Assembly (NCBI GenBank): GCA_965208325.1
Contig: OZ242326.1
Span: forward strand, 4,320,001 to 4,384,000
Direction of reading: 5' to 3'
DNA length: 64,000 bases
From: Candidatus Poribacteria bacterium
Lineage (GTDB): Bacteria > Poribacteria > WGA-4E > PCPOR2b
Positions 8,444 through 18,431 of the stretch are shown piece by piece (position 1 is the stretch's first letter; each line of letters opens with the position of its first letter). The translations under genes and the position numbers were made by a program. Below the pieces are notes generated by a model. It was not told where the DNA came from and searched no databases. It saw only the letters and a list, made by a program, of their open reading frames with translations.

Positions 8444-9723
8444 TTGGGGCCGGCTTGGGCTTGTTCGCGCTCTTCGGCGGCGCGTTGTTTGTCCTGCTCG
8501 GCGGGTTGGCGATCCTCGGATATGCTGCGTCGGGAGATCCAATCAGCAGCATCATTATTGATCTTAATCGACTCGCGCGAAATTCGACCATCATGACAAT
8601 CCCGCTGTTCACTTTCGCCGGCTACGTGATGGCGGAGAGTAACGCACCCAAGCGCCTCATTGCTCTGGCACAAACAAGTGTCGGTTGGCTGCCCGGCGGT
8701 GTTGCCATGGTTGTGTTGGTAACATGCGCGTTTTTCACCACGTTCACTGGGGCTTCAGGGGTGACAATCGTCGCGCTGGGAGGGTTGCTTTATCCAATCC
8801 TTCGGCAGCATTATACTGAACGGTTCTCACTGGGCATAATTACAACCTCGGGCAGCCTCGGACTGCTTTTCCCGCCGAGTATCCCGCTTATCCTCTATGC
8901 AATCATCGCCCAGGTGCCGATCGATTTGATGTTCTGCGCTGGGATTATCCCCGGATTTCTCCTAATTCTGATTCTTGGCGGCTACTGTTCCGGATGGAGT
9001 ATATTCAAAAGGGTCGAACATACGCCATTTGATTTGCGTGCATTTGGAAGGGCGCTTCGGAATGCTTTGGGTGAGGTACTACTACCGTTCATTGTGCTCG
9101 GTTGCATTATATCGGGTATTGTCACAATTGATGAAGCGGCTGCATTGACCGCAATTTACCTGTTGATTGTCGAGATGGTTATCCATCGCGACATTAGTGT
9201 AAGGCAGTTGCCGAAAATTGTACGGGAGAGCATGCTGCTCGTCGGCGCCATTTTGATCATTCTCGGCATCGCGCTTGGACTGACAAATTATCTGGTCACA
9301 ATTGAATTGCCAAGTATTGCACTAGACTGGATTCAAGGGCAGACACAAAACAAAATTGTCACACTGATCGGGCTCAATCTTTTTTTGCTAGCTGTGGGAT
9401 GCCTGATGGACATTTTCTCCGCAATTGTAATCATTGTTCCCCTGCTGATTCCGATTGCGGAGGGGTTCGGGATAGACAAGGCGCACCTTGGAATCATCGT
9501 GCTGACGAATCTGGAGATTGGCTACCTCACACCGCCCGTTGGTATGAATCTTTTCATCTCAAGCCTCAAGTTTGAAAAATCCGTTATTTCGCTGTACCGA
9601 TCTGTGTTGTTGTTTATCGGGTTGCTGCTATTCGCGCTGGTGATCGTCACCTACGTCCCCGAGTTGAGCTTGTGGCTGCCGCGGGTACTGGGAAAAACGT
9701 CCACACCGCTGTTAATCGAATAG
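8431..9723 (+). CDS. dctM: TRAP transporter large permease DctM
   Basis: IPLFTFAG, GSLGLLFPPSIPLILY and EIGYLTPPVGMNLF motifs. Confidence 0.92.
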   Translation: MGALIGAGLGLFALFGGALFVLLGGLAILGYAASGDPISSIIIDLNRLARNSTIMTIPLFTFAGYVMAESNAPKRLIALAQTSVGWLPGGVAMVVLVTCAFFTTFTGASGVTIVALGGLLYPILRQHYTERFSLGIITTSGSLGLLFPPSIPLILYAIIAQVPIDLMFCAGIIPGFLLILILGGYCSGWSIFKRVEHTPFDLRAFGRALRNALGEVLLPFIVLGCIISGIVTIDEAAALTAIYLLIVEMVIHRDISVRQLPKIVRESMLLVGAILIILGIALGLTNYLVTIELPSIALDWIQGQTQNKIVTLIGLNLFLLAVGCLMDIFSAIVIIVPLLIPIAEGFGIDKAHLGIIVLTNLEIGYLTPPVGMNLFISSLKFEKSVISLYRSVLLFIGLLLFALVIVTYVPELSLWLPRVLGKTSTPLLIE

Positions 9724-9743
9724 CTTTCAATACATTGCAATTC

Positions 9744-11054
9744 TCAACTGGATTCTGCGGGCGAGTCTTTCAAAATGTATTTGGGAGCTAGGGCGGTTAG
9801 CGTCAAGCCGCGCGCGACAGAATACAGTGTCAGCGCCAACCAAAGGCCGTGGTTTCCGAGCGGTTTGAGCAAGAAATATGCTGGCAAGAAGACGACGAAT
9901 GTTGATGCAATCATTGCGTTTCGCAGCGGTTTTGAAGCGGTCGCGCCGATGAATATTCCATCCCAGAGGTATGCCACGGCATTAATGATTGGAGTAAGGG
10001 CGACCCAAATCAAATATGGGAACGCACGTTTCACAATATCAAACTTGTTTGTAAAGACAAACAGCAACGGCTGACCGAGCAATCCGTAAATCAGGCTGAA
10101 TACCCCCGCCAGGCCTATTCCCCAGATAAATACATGCCGCACCGCTAATCTTAAGTTGCGGATGTCGAAGGCGCCCTTGTATTTACCGATAATGCTTTCC
10201 GCCGCAAAAGCGAAACCATCAATGGCATAAGCCAGAAAATAAATGTACTGTAGAAGGATGGTGTTGACCGCTAGAATGGTATCGCTCACAGCAGCCGATT
10301 TCGCGGTGAAAAACGTATGGGAGAAAACTAGGCATAACGTTCGTATGAATATATCGCCGCTAATTGCGAAGAACCGTTTCAAATCGGGTAGATGCAGTGC
10401 CTCTTTCACGTGCCACCCATCCAACAGATCTCCATGCTTTCTGACGAATAGAACTGCGGCACACACAAGTCCAAGATATTGAGCGATAACCGTTCCCAAT
10501 GCGACGCCGTTCGATTTCAACCCCATCGCCTTCACGAAGAACAGGTTTAGTCCGATGTTCAGAAGGTTCATCAGCACCGTGAGTATCATCGGATAACCCG
10601 CATTCTGGACACCCAAAAACCATCCGTGAAACACAAAAATACTCAGCGCTGCCGGGGCGGCGTAGATACGGATTAAAAAATACTGGCGGGCCAATTGTTC
10701 AACTTCGGTACTGGCATCAATGAGATAGAAACTGATATTTGCGATGAGCGACTGAGTTAGGATTAGTGAAACGCTCACGGCAACCGCAACCAACAGGCCT
10801 CTCGTAAGAATCAGGATGCTTTCTCTGTGGTTATTCGCGCCGTGGGCTTGTGCTGTAAGTCCAGTTGTGCTCATTCTGAGGAATCCAAATCCCCAGTACA
10901 ACATGTTAAAAATGGCTGCCCCGATGGCAACTGCACCCAAATGCCGCTCTGATTCTAGCCGCCCCATCAACGCGATGTCAACGGCGCCCAAGATGGGAAC
11001 GGACAAGTTGCTGATGATATTGGGTACAGCCAGTCGAATAATCTGCTTGTTCAT
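9744..11054 (-). CDS. MATE family efflux transporter (DinF-like)
   Basis: LAVPNIISNLSVPILGAVDIALMGRL and FGFLRMSTTGLTAQA motifs; about 12 TM. Confidence 0.92.
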   Translation of the reverse strand: MNKQIIRLAVPNIISNLSVPILGAVDIALMGRLESERHLGAVAIGAAIFNMLYWGFGFLRMSTTGLTAQAHGANNHRESILILTRGLLVAVAVSVSLILTQSLIANISFYLIDASTEVEQLARQYFLIRIYAAPAALSIFVFHGWFLGVQNAGYPMILTVLMNLLNIGLNLFFVKAMGLKSNGVALGTVIAQYLGLVCAAVLFVRKHGDLLDGWHVKEALHLPDLKRFFAISGDIFIRTLCLVFSHTFFTAKSAAVSDTILAVNTILLQYIYFLAYAIDGFAFAAESIIGKYKGAFDIRNLRLAVRHVFIWGIGLAGVFSLIYGLLGQPLLFVFTNKFDIVKRAFPYLIWVALTPIINAVAYLWDGIFIGATASKPLRNAMIASTFVVFLPAYFLLKPLGNHGLWLALTLYSVARGLTLTALAPKYILKDSPAESS

Positions 11055-11140
11055 TTCATGATGCTGATAGTTGCAAAGGGGTAGCCGTAGTTAAGATGTA
11101 AGTTCCTGGGGATAAGCTGGCAGCCGCACGTTCGCAAATT

Positions 11141-11746
11141 TCAACAAAATTTTTTGGCTGCGAGTATTCCGTATTCTACATTGTACACCTTTGTTTTCCA
11201 ATCCGATGAAGCCTCCAGATACGGTTTTAGTAATCTTCCCTTGTCCCCCCACAATACATCATCAACGATAATTATGGCGTGCTCGCCGAAGAGATTTTCA
11301 ACAGCTTTGAACTCCTTCCAGATATGATCGCCATCGTTGACAGAATCAAACAAAGCGAAGTGAATTGCCTCGAAGGCATGCCCTTCAACCATATTTGTCA
11401 AGTTTTCAACCGAATCGCCTTCAACGTAGTTAATGTGCTGGTTATAGTCCACACACAATTCTTGACAGACCGCAATGTGTTCGCTGCTAATCTCGAATGT
11501 GTAGAAATCACCCCGCCCCACTAACACCGAAGAGATGGCTAAAGTGCTTTCAGTGCCTTCGTTGGCATCCCGAATACAGCCAGTTTCAATGATAATCGGA
11601 TGAGGTGTACTGTCAAGCACTTCTAACAAATATCTCTCAAGAATTGCCCTGTGCGCCCGCATATGCTGCCGAAACCCTAGTTTGTAAAGAATGAGATGCA
11701 GCGCTTTCCACGCTTTGTTTGCCAATCGACTTTTGCTGATTGACAT
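11141..11746 (-). CDS. Class I SAM-dependent methyltransferase
   Basis: IIETGC motif I, GDSVENL, FALFDS and IIIVDD. Confidence 0.7.
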   Translation of the reverse strand: MSISKSRLANKAWKALHLILYKLGFRQHMRAHRAILERYLLEVLDSTPHPIIIETGCIRDANEGTESTLAISSVLVGRGDFYTFEISSEHIAVCQELCVDYNQHINYVEGDSVENLTNMVEGHAFEAIHFALFDSVNDGDHIWKEFKAVENLFGEHAIIIVDDVLWGDKGRLLKPYLEASSDWKTKVYNVEYGILAAKKFC

Positions 11747-11805
11747 ATTTTGAGTCTCCTCTTTGGGGCGTTATATCGCCCGACCTGAAATCGTTCCGGC
11801 GCTTC

Positions 11806-13518
11806 TTATTTGATTGCTGTAATTCGATTGTTCGTCCGCTTGACAGCCGCTTTAATGATAACAAAAGAGATTAATAGGACGATAAGCAGGACCCCGGTTA
11901 TTCCTTTCATGAAGGCATAGGCTTGCTGCTTTTTGACATAATTTAGGGTAGCTTGCACCTCTTCATTATTGGCGTCTAGGGTTAGCACGGCTTTAAGGTG
12001 TATTGCTGATTTCTTGAAATTCCGATTCTTGAGGTAGACGTGCCCCAAACTGTTATGCGTTTGAGCGTTCTTCGGGTTCAACTCTAGCAGTTTTTGATAT
12101 GTTAGAATCGCGCCGTCTAAATCGTCGGCTATGCTCTTTTGCCAGCCGGTTTGTGTCAAGGCTGCTTCCAGATTTTGGCTGGCATGCCAACTATCCGGGT
12201 GGTACTCCAACGCGCGTTCATAGCACCGTATTGCGCTCGGCCAATCTTCGACCCGCGCCTGTTGTGCGCCCAGATTATTCAATGTTGTTGCAATTCCCGC
12301 GCGCACGGCTGGGGCCTGAGAATCAATCTCCAATGCGCGGAGATAAATTTCCAATGCCTTTCGATAATCTCCCGCCGCATCGTAGGTAACGGCGAGATCC
12401 TGCAGCAGGATATTGGAGAATGGATAGCGCGTAAGCCCGTCATTCAGGCGGTTGATTGCCGGTGAAAACTGCTTTGCCTGCAGTAATTGAATTCCCCACC
12501 GGTGGTAAGTTGCCAAGAGGTTATTGTTCAGTTCGGACGAATCGGGATTAAGCCGTAATGCACGCTGAAAGAAGTGCACTGCCTCACTGAACTGGCCTTG
12601 AAGCACCGAAATGCTGCCGAGCGCTCCAAACACTTCAGCAGTTGGTTTTGTGCGTGACGCCATTCTGTAATGTGAAATCGCCAAGTTGTACATCCCCTTG
12701 GACTGAAAGATTTGAGCGAGTTGAACTGCAGAATTATGGAAGGATGGATTAATCTCAAGGGCTTTTTGAAACGCATTGATGGCTTCGTGATAATCGCCGA
12801 GATCGGCGTGCACCATGCCGAGTGCGTAATAGGTGCCGGCAGTGGACGGCGATGTTTTGATTTCATCTTGAAGCACTCTGATAGCTTGGCTGTGAAAGGG
12901 TGTTTTTACGGGTGTTTCCCGCACCTTCATCCATGTCGCCGAATCTCGTGTTGTCGGCTTTTGAGCAGTCGCAGCGAAATACATCACATCATTTGGGTTA
13001 TCGCTGTGTCCCCACAGTCCGATGGCGTGCCCAATCTCGTGCAGCATCACGGCTTGAATCACGTTCGGCGTGAGTAATTCCAACTTTGTGTCGTTCTGTA
13101 GAATTATCTCAATTTCGACATGAAATCCGTTCGCGTTTCGAATCAAAACCGCCTCACCGATATTCTTATACATCCCGGCTCGACTTCGCTGATGTACCCA
13201 CTTGATACGAATATCTGCCGCCGCCGGCGTTGGCGAAGTCTGAAACTGTAAATGCCCGTTGGTTGCCTTATGCCATAAGTCTAGAGATTGATTCAGCGCA
13301 TGACGGTAAACCGCTGCTGTATCCGGCGCAAGTGGAATCGCTTCCGTATAGACTGATATTGATGCCCGGTCAAACCGAGTCAGACGCCCATTGGAAGCGG
13401 TGGTAATCCGATCAAAATAGTCATCCGCACCGACAGCATTTCCAATGAGAATATACACAACAGATACAATTAGTCCTAAAATCCGCGATTCCTGAATTTC
13501 GTAAAAACGGTTTGCCAT
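11806..13518 (-). CDS. Matrixin-like zinc metalloprotease fused to TPR repeats with C-terminal TM anchor
   Basis: HEIGHAIGLWGHS zinc motif plus DVMY Met-turn; many TPRs; hydrophobic N- and C-terminal segments. Confidence 0.85.
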   Translation of the reverse strand: MANRFYEIQESRILGLIVSVVYILIGNAVGADDYFDRITTASNGRLTRFDRASISVYTEAIPLAPDTAAVYRHALNQSLDLWHKATNGHLQFQTSPTPAAADIRIKWVHQRSRAGMYKNIGEAVLIRNANGFHVEIEIILQNDTKLELLTPNVIQAVMLHEIGHAIGLWGHSDNPNDVMYFAATAQKPTTRDSATWMKVRETPVKTPFHSQAIRVLQDEIKTSPSTAGTYYALGMVHADLGDYHEAINAFQKALEINPSFHNSAVQLAQIFQSKGMYNLAISHYRMASRTKPTAEVFGALGSISVLQGQFSEAVHFFQRALRLNPDSSELNNNLLATYHRWGIQLLQAKQFSPAINRLNDGLTRYPFSNILLQDLAVTYDAAGDYRKALEIYLRALEIDSQAPAVRAGIATTLNNLGAQQARVEDWPSAIRCYERALEYHPDSWHASQNLEAALTQTGWQKSIADDLDGAILTYQKLLELNPKNAQTHNSLGHVYLKNRNFKKSAIHLKAVLTLDANNEEVQATLNYVKKQQAYAFMKGITGVLLIVLLISFVIIKAAVKRTNNRITAIK

Positions 13519-13643
13519 AGCTTGGACTTTCGCGCGCCTTAGCGTTTTTGCATTTCGCCTCTCTGTCTTCTGGGTTTTACACTTGTTGACTCCCCGCCGC
13601 AGTTGCCCGTTGTCAGCCGTACACCATCAATCAGTGAAATGCA

Positions 13644-13673
13644 ATGGTATCACTTTGATTCGTCCTTTGTCAA
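13644..13673 (-). promoter_or_regulatory. Sigma70-type promoter (divergent pair, leftward)
   Basis: Minus strand TTGACA-N18-TACCAT with TG extension. Confidence 0.45.
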
Positions 13674-13698
13674 TTGTCTTTCATTAGCCAGAAATGGA

Positions 13699-13727
13699 TT
13701 GACAGCGGATTGGCTCATTGCTATAAT
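13699..13727 (+). promoter_or_regulatory. Sigma70-type promoter
   Basis: Perfect TTGACA-N17-TATAAT with extended -10 TG. Confidence 0.75.
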
Positions 13728-13884
13728 GCAAATTCTTGAGTGGGTGAGTAGTGAGAATCAGGAAACGGTCTGAAATGGCTACTGGTGCCTTCGCTTTACA
13801 AAAACCACCGGTACGGCGTGTTTTGCAGCGGGTGCGAGATTATACGAAAACAAGCGTGGGACGTGAGGTTAGAACGATAACGCT

Positions 13885-14847
13885 ATGAAAATTTTAGTGC
13901 GCTTGTCTCTTGTTGATAATTTCCGGCACTTGGTTCGGGACGCTGCTGGCGATAATACTGTTGTGTTTGCAAATTCAGACGAAGACTCGCTTCATATCGA
14001 AGGCGTCGACGCGGAAGTCTATTGCGGGAATTGCAGTGAAGCGGAATTTCAACATCTGCCCAATGTGAAGTGGATGCAGTTCGGCAGTGCGGGGATGGAT
14101 GCCTTTCTGTATCCTGCACTCCGGGACAGCGATGTTATCGTAACAAATGGCGCGGGATTGTACGGACCAGAAGGCGCAGAACACGCGTTCGCGCTGCTGC
14201 TCAGTTTGACGCGGGGAATTCATCACTGCGCACGTAATCAGACCAATCCCCCCGCTGACAGTCCATCATTTCAATCCGGCAGAGCGTGGGGGACGGAAAT
14301 TAACGGCTGGACGCTTGGGGTTATTGGTATAGGCGGGTTTGGGCTAAACATGGCAAGGATCGGCAAGGGCTTTAACATGCACGTCATTGCCGTAGATGCG
14401 TACCGCACCGATAAACCGGACGCTGTCGATGAACTAACCCCGTTGGGCGGGCTTTCAGACTTGATGCGCAGCGCCGATGTGGTGATGACTGCTTGCCCGC
14501 TGACGGCGGAGACGTACCATTTGATTAATGCGGACAACTTAGCGTTGATGAAACCAACGGCTTATGTAATCAATGTCACTCGGGGCGGGGTAATCGACGA
14601 GTCTGCCCTTATTGAAGCCCTTAAAGCGGGTAAGATTGCCGGTGCGGGGCTAGACGTTGTTGAAATTGAGCCGCTAGCTGAAGACAGCCCGCTTCGAAAT
14701 ATGGATAATGTCGTTCTTTCTCCGCACTGGGCTGGAATTTCGCAACAATCGCCGCATCGGTTCGCCGCGTTGTTTTGCGAGAATCTGAGGCGGTATTTGA
14801 ACGGTGAACCGTTGAAAAACGTCGTAGATAAACAGCTCGGCTTTTAG
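13885..14847 (+). CDS. D-2-hydroxyacid dehydrogenase family protein
   Basis: GVIGIGGFG, INVTRGGVIDE, AGLDVVEIEPL and SPHWAG motifs. Confidence 0.9.
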   Translation: MKILVRLSLVDNFRHLVRDAAGDNTVVFANSDEDSLHIEGVDAEVYCGNCSEAEFQHLPNVKWMQFGSAGMDAFLYPALRDSDVIVTNGAGLYGPEGAEHAFALLLSLTRGIHHCARNQTNPPADSPSFQSGRAWGTEINGWTLGVIGIGGFGLNMARIGKGFNMHVIAVDAYRTDKPDAVDELTPLGGLSDLMRSADVVMTACPLTAETYHLINADNLALMKPTAYVINVTRGGVIDESALIEALKAGKIAGAGLDVVEIEPLAEDSPLRNMDNVVLSPHWAGISQQSPHRFAALFCENLRRYLNGEPLKNVVDKQLGF

Positions 14848-15110
14848 AAATAACCCGCAGGATATTCACCCTTGTGCACCGCCCGCCTACCGCCCTCTTA
14901 CCCCGACCTACAGGCGCTTCCACCATGGCTGTAAATTTCCAGAGTTTTAGCAGTTTAGAAGTATTTTCCAATCGGGGATCCAAAAATTTGCTATTGAAAT
15001 CCTACCTTGACAAATAGCTACTACACACCCAGTGTGTCAATCATTGAGTTTGAAAAATGTATGATAAATTTTGGAAATAAAAAAAATTAATTTGATGAGG
15101 AGAAAATCGC

Positions 15111-16178
15111 ATGGCAGAGATGAAAGTAAAACCCCAGCGTGTAAAAGACTTCTGCGTGTGCGCCTTAGAAAAGGCCGGGATGGCATCCGACGACGCTCGA
15201 ATAGCTGCAGAGGTGCTTGTTACCGCAGACATGCGGGGAACCGCAACGCACGGCACCATCGGATTAAGAGGGTATATCAGGCAGATACGGGAAGGCGGAA
15301 TGAACCCCAAAGCCAATATCGAAATTGTTCGCGAGGGGCAGACATGGGCGGTTGTAGACGGGCACGCTGGATTGGGCGTGGTGACATCGTTCAAGGCGGC
15401 GCAGCTCGCAATAGCCAAAGCAAAATCAAATACTGTTGGCATGGTTTGGGTCAAAAACAGCAACCACTTCGCGGCAGCCGGGTATTACGCCATGATGTGC
15501 GCTGAAGCGGACATGATTGGATTGGCGATGACAAACGCAGACATTTCGCTCAGCGCTCCGGGTTCCGCGGGCCGGGTCATCGGAAATAACGCGTTTGCTT
15601 ACGGAGCGCCGGCGGGAGCGGCGCCCCCGGTCAATCTGGATATTGCGATGGGTGTGGTCGCCGGCGGCAAGGTGCACGCCGCGGCGAGAGAGGGAAGAAG
15701 TATTCCAATGGGGTGGGCAATTGACAGTCAGGGGGTGCCTGCCACTGACCCCAAAAAGTATGAGGAGGAAGGCGGCGCAACGGTTCCCTTGGCGGCGCAT
15801 AAGGGTTTTGGACTGGCGCTGCTGATCGAAATACTCGCCGGCGTCATGACGGGCGGAGGGATACGGACGGAATTGAAATCCTACGCCCATAATCCCGAAA
15901 GCCCAAGCGGCATAGGGCATTTCTTTATGGCTATCGACATTGGAACCATCATGCCGATTGAGGAATTCAGAGTCCGCATGGATGGCTTGATAACCGGAAT
16001 TAGCTCGTCGCCCAAAGCGCAGGGGGTGGACCGCATTTATCTGCCGGGTGAAATGGAATATGAACGGGAAGAAAAAACGAATACAGAGGGATTCGTTCTT
16101 GATGACGGCGCATTGAACAATCTCAAAGGGTTGGCACAGGATTTGGGGTTGGAAGACGAAGGATTCTGGCATCAATAG
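15111..16178 (+). CDS. Ldh_2 (type-2 malate/L-lactate dehydrogenase family) oxidoreductase
   Basis: ADMRGTATHG, NSNHFAAAGYY, HKGFGLAL and IYLPGE motifs. Confidence 0.9.
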   Translation: MAEMKVKPQRVKDFCVCALEKAGMASDDARIAAEVLVTADMRGTATHGTIGLRGYIRQIREGGMNPKANIEIVREGQTWAVVDGHAGLGVVTSFKAAQLAIAKAKSNTVGMVWVKNSNHFAAAGYYAMMCAEADMIGLAMTNADISLSAPGSAGRVIGNNAFAYGAPAGAAPPVNLDIAMGVVAGGKVHAAAREGRSIPMGWAIDSQGVPATDPKKYEEEGGATVPLAAHKGFGLALLIEILAGVMTGGGIRTELKSYAHNPESPSGIGHFFMAIDIGTIMPIEEFRVRMDGLITGISSSPKAQGVDRIYLPGEMEYEREEKTNTEGFVLDDGALNNLKGLAQDLGLEDEGFWHQ

Positions 16179-16226
16179 GCAAGAATTTAATTCGCACCGC
16201 GAGTAAACAGTAAAGAGGGCTGTATT

Positions 16227-17027
16227 ATGGCTGTAAATCAAACCGCGAGACTCAACTCGGGCGTTTTCATCCTTTGCCAGTTGGTTATGATTTTTTTCGT
16301 TTTAACGCAATCGCCAGTGCGGGCGAATGAACAGAGTGCAGATGTTGATGTCAAGGCTATCATTCAAGCGGTTGATGAACTCTATCGGAGTCAGACCAGC
16401 CGCGCGGAAATCGAAATGCAAATTTTCACGCCCCATTGGGAGAGAACTTTGACTTTGAAAATCTGGACAAAGGGGATGGATCGAACGTTTATCTTGATTA
16501 CATCACCCAAAAAAGAGAAGGGCGTTGCCACCTTGCGAATAGGGAATGAAATGTGGAACTATCTTCCCAAAACCAACAAGGTGATGAAGGTGCCGCCGTC
16601 AATGATGATGGGATCTTGGATGGGTTCGGACTTCACGAATGACGACCTTGTCAAAGAGTCATCAATGCTTAATGACTACACCTACGAACTCATCACACCG
16701 AGGGATGTCCAACCTGGCCATCTCTACATTCAGTTGCTGCCAAAGGAAGATTCACCGATTGTCTGGGGCAAACTTATCGTCGCAATCCGTGAAAATGATC
16801 GGATTCCGGTTTGGCAGCATTTCTACGACGAAACAGGCCGTCTGACACGAGTTCTGAACTTTGAAGAGGTCGAATCATTCGACGGAAAGACCATACCTTC
16901 AGTGATGGAGATGATACCGCAGAACAGAGAGGGACACAAAACCGTTGTAAGATTTGTGGACGCCGCATTTGACACGGAGATTGGCGAAAAAACCTTCACC
17001 CGCCGAAACCTCCGGAAGCGGAGATAG
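16227..17027 (+). CDS. Outer-membrane lipoprotein-sorting protein (LolA-like)
   Basis: P.KEKGVATLR, MWNYLP and SWMGSDFTNDD motifs; signal peptide; adjacent ABC genes. Confidence 0.85.
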   Translation: MAVNQTARLNSGVFILCQLVMIFFVLTQSPVRANEQSADVDVKAIIQAVDELYRSQTSRAEIEMQIFTPHWERTLTLKIWTKGMDRTFILITSPKKEKGVATLRIGNEMWNYLPKTNKVMKVPPSMMMGSWMGSDFTNDDLVKESSMLNDYTYELITPRDVQPGHLYIQLLPKEDSPIVWGKLIVAIRENDRIPVWQHFYDETGRLTRVLNFEEVESFDGKTIPSVMEMIPQNREGHKTVVRFVDAAFDTEIGEKTFTRRNLRKRR

Positions 17028-17134
17028 CTAGCGGGCATATTTGTATAAATCAACATGCGGGTTTTAATGTTTAATTGCTAAATTGACTCTTATACCTCTT
17101 ACGCATTACGTTTTACGTATTAATTCTTCACGCC

Positions 17135-18352
17135 ATGATGACGCTCAAAATTGCATTCCGCAACATCTTCCGTCAAAAACGACGCTCCATATTAACTGCG
17201 CTCGCGATGATTGTCGGATTTACGCTCTCGTCCGTGTTCATTGGATGGTCCGATGGTGCGTATTCCGATATAATTGAGATGTTTACAAAGAACCGCATCG
17301 GGCATATTCAGGTGCATCAACGCGGCTATCTTGATAAACCCTCGCTCTACAAAACCATCGACGGCTACGAATCAACTGGCGAAACCATCGGGGGTATAAA
17401 AGGCGTAGCGGCGTGGACGCCGCGGGTGTATTCGGCGGGGCTTGGCTCGGTCGGCGCAAAAAGCACCGCTGTACAAATTATCGGTATTGATGCGGCACGT
17501 GAAGTCGAAGCAACTCGATTTGACAAGAAAATAATTGATGGCAGCAAATTCTCGGTGCAGCCTGTGCGTGAAGCGGTTTTGGGCAAGGGGCTTGCACGGG
17601 TGCTTGCCGCAACGGTCGGCGGCGAAATCGTGCTTGTATCACAGGGAGCTGACGGTTCAATCGCTAACGAGCTGTATGAGATTGCCGGAATTGCAGAAAG
17701 CGGCGACGACATCACTGATCGCACGGCGTGTTATCTCCACATCGGAGACGCGCAGGAGTTACTTGTTCTCGAAGGGCGCTGCCATGAAATTGTCGTGATT
17801 GTATCCAACATCAATCGAGTCCACAAAATCACGAAAGCAATTGAAGCCGGCCTTGATGATTCGAGACTGGATGTTGCCCCTTGGCAGGTGGTCGCCAAGG
17901 CTTTCTATCGGGCGATGCAGGCAGACAAGCAGGGAGATGCCATCGGACGGATTATCATCATGCTCATCGTCGCTATCGGTGTGTTGAATACGGTGCTGAT
18001 GTCGGTGCTGGAGCGGACAAGTGAATACGGTGTGTTAAGGGCGGTCGGAACGAAACCGGCGCAAATCTTTTGGTTGGTGATTTGCGAAGTGCTCATCATT
18101 GCCCTCGGCAGCATCGCTGTCGGCGCTTTACTCGGTGCTTCAATCAACCATCTACTATCGATATACGGTATTTCCATGCCCCAGGAGTTTACCTACGGCG
18201 GTATTAAATTTAAGACGATGTACGCCGAGGTTAGTGCAAGAAGTCTCATTATTCCTGCAATTACCGTTGTTCTCGCGGCAGCGGTTGTCAGTCTGTTTCC
18301 GGCGCTGAAAGCGGCGCGAATTCTACCGGCGAGGGCGATGCGAGCGAATTGA
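17135..18352 (+). CDS. ABC transporter permease, FtsX/LolE-MacB family
   Basis: AFRNIFRQKRRS and NTVLMSVLERT.EYGVLRAVG motifs. Confidence 0.9.
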   Translation: MMTLKIAFRNIFRQKRRSILTALAMIVGFTLSSVFIGWSDGAYSDIIEMFTKNRIGHIQVHQRGYLDKPSLYKTIDGYESTGETIGGIKGVAAWTPRVYSAGLGSVGAKSTAVQIIGIDAAREVEATRFDKKIIDGSKFSVQPVREAVLGKGLARVLAATVGGEIVLVSQGADGSIANELYEIAGIAESGDDITDRTACYLHIGDAQELLVLEGRCHEIVVIVSNINRVHKITKAIEAGLDDSRLDVAPWQVVAKAFYRAMQADKQGDAIGRIIIMLIVAIGVLNTVLMSVLERTSEYGVLRAVGTKPAQIFWLVICEVLIIALGSIAVGALLGASINHLLSIYGISMPQEFTYGGIKFKTMYAEVSARSLIIPAITVVLAAAVVSLFPALKAARILPARAMRAN

Positions 18353-18367
18353 CGTCAGCAATCTGCA

Positions 18368-18392
18368 ACCGAGTCTTTGCCAAAAACTCGGT
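18368..18392. repeat. Intergenic palindrome / hairpin
   Basis: AACCGAGT-CTTTGCCAAAA-ACTCGGTT between the two permease genes. Confidence 0.5.
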
Positions 18393-18431
18393 TTCTCTTA
18401 TCATGTTCATCAAATTTCACGGCGTAAAATC

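Noticed and set aside
14894..14913. Additional REP-like remnants (also 51548-51607 and ~57596)
   Set aside because: Too degenerate to annotate individually without a genome-wide profile
15426..16241. 271-aa minus-strand ORF (and similar ones at 26349-27080 and 53414-54091)
   Set aside because: Fully antisense to well-supported genes; no recognisable motifs
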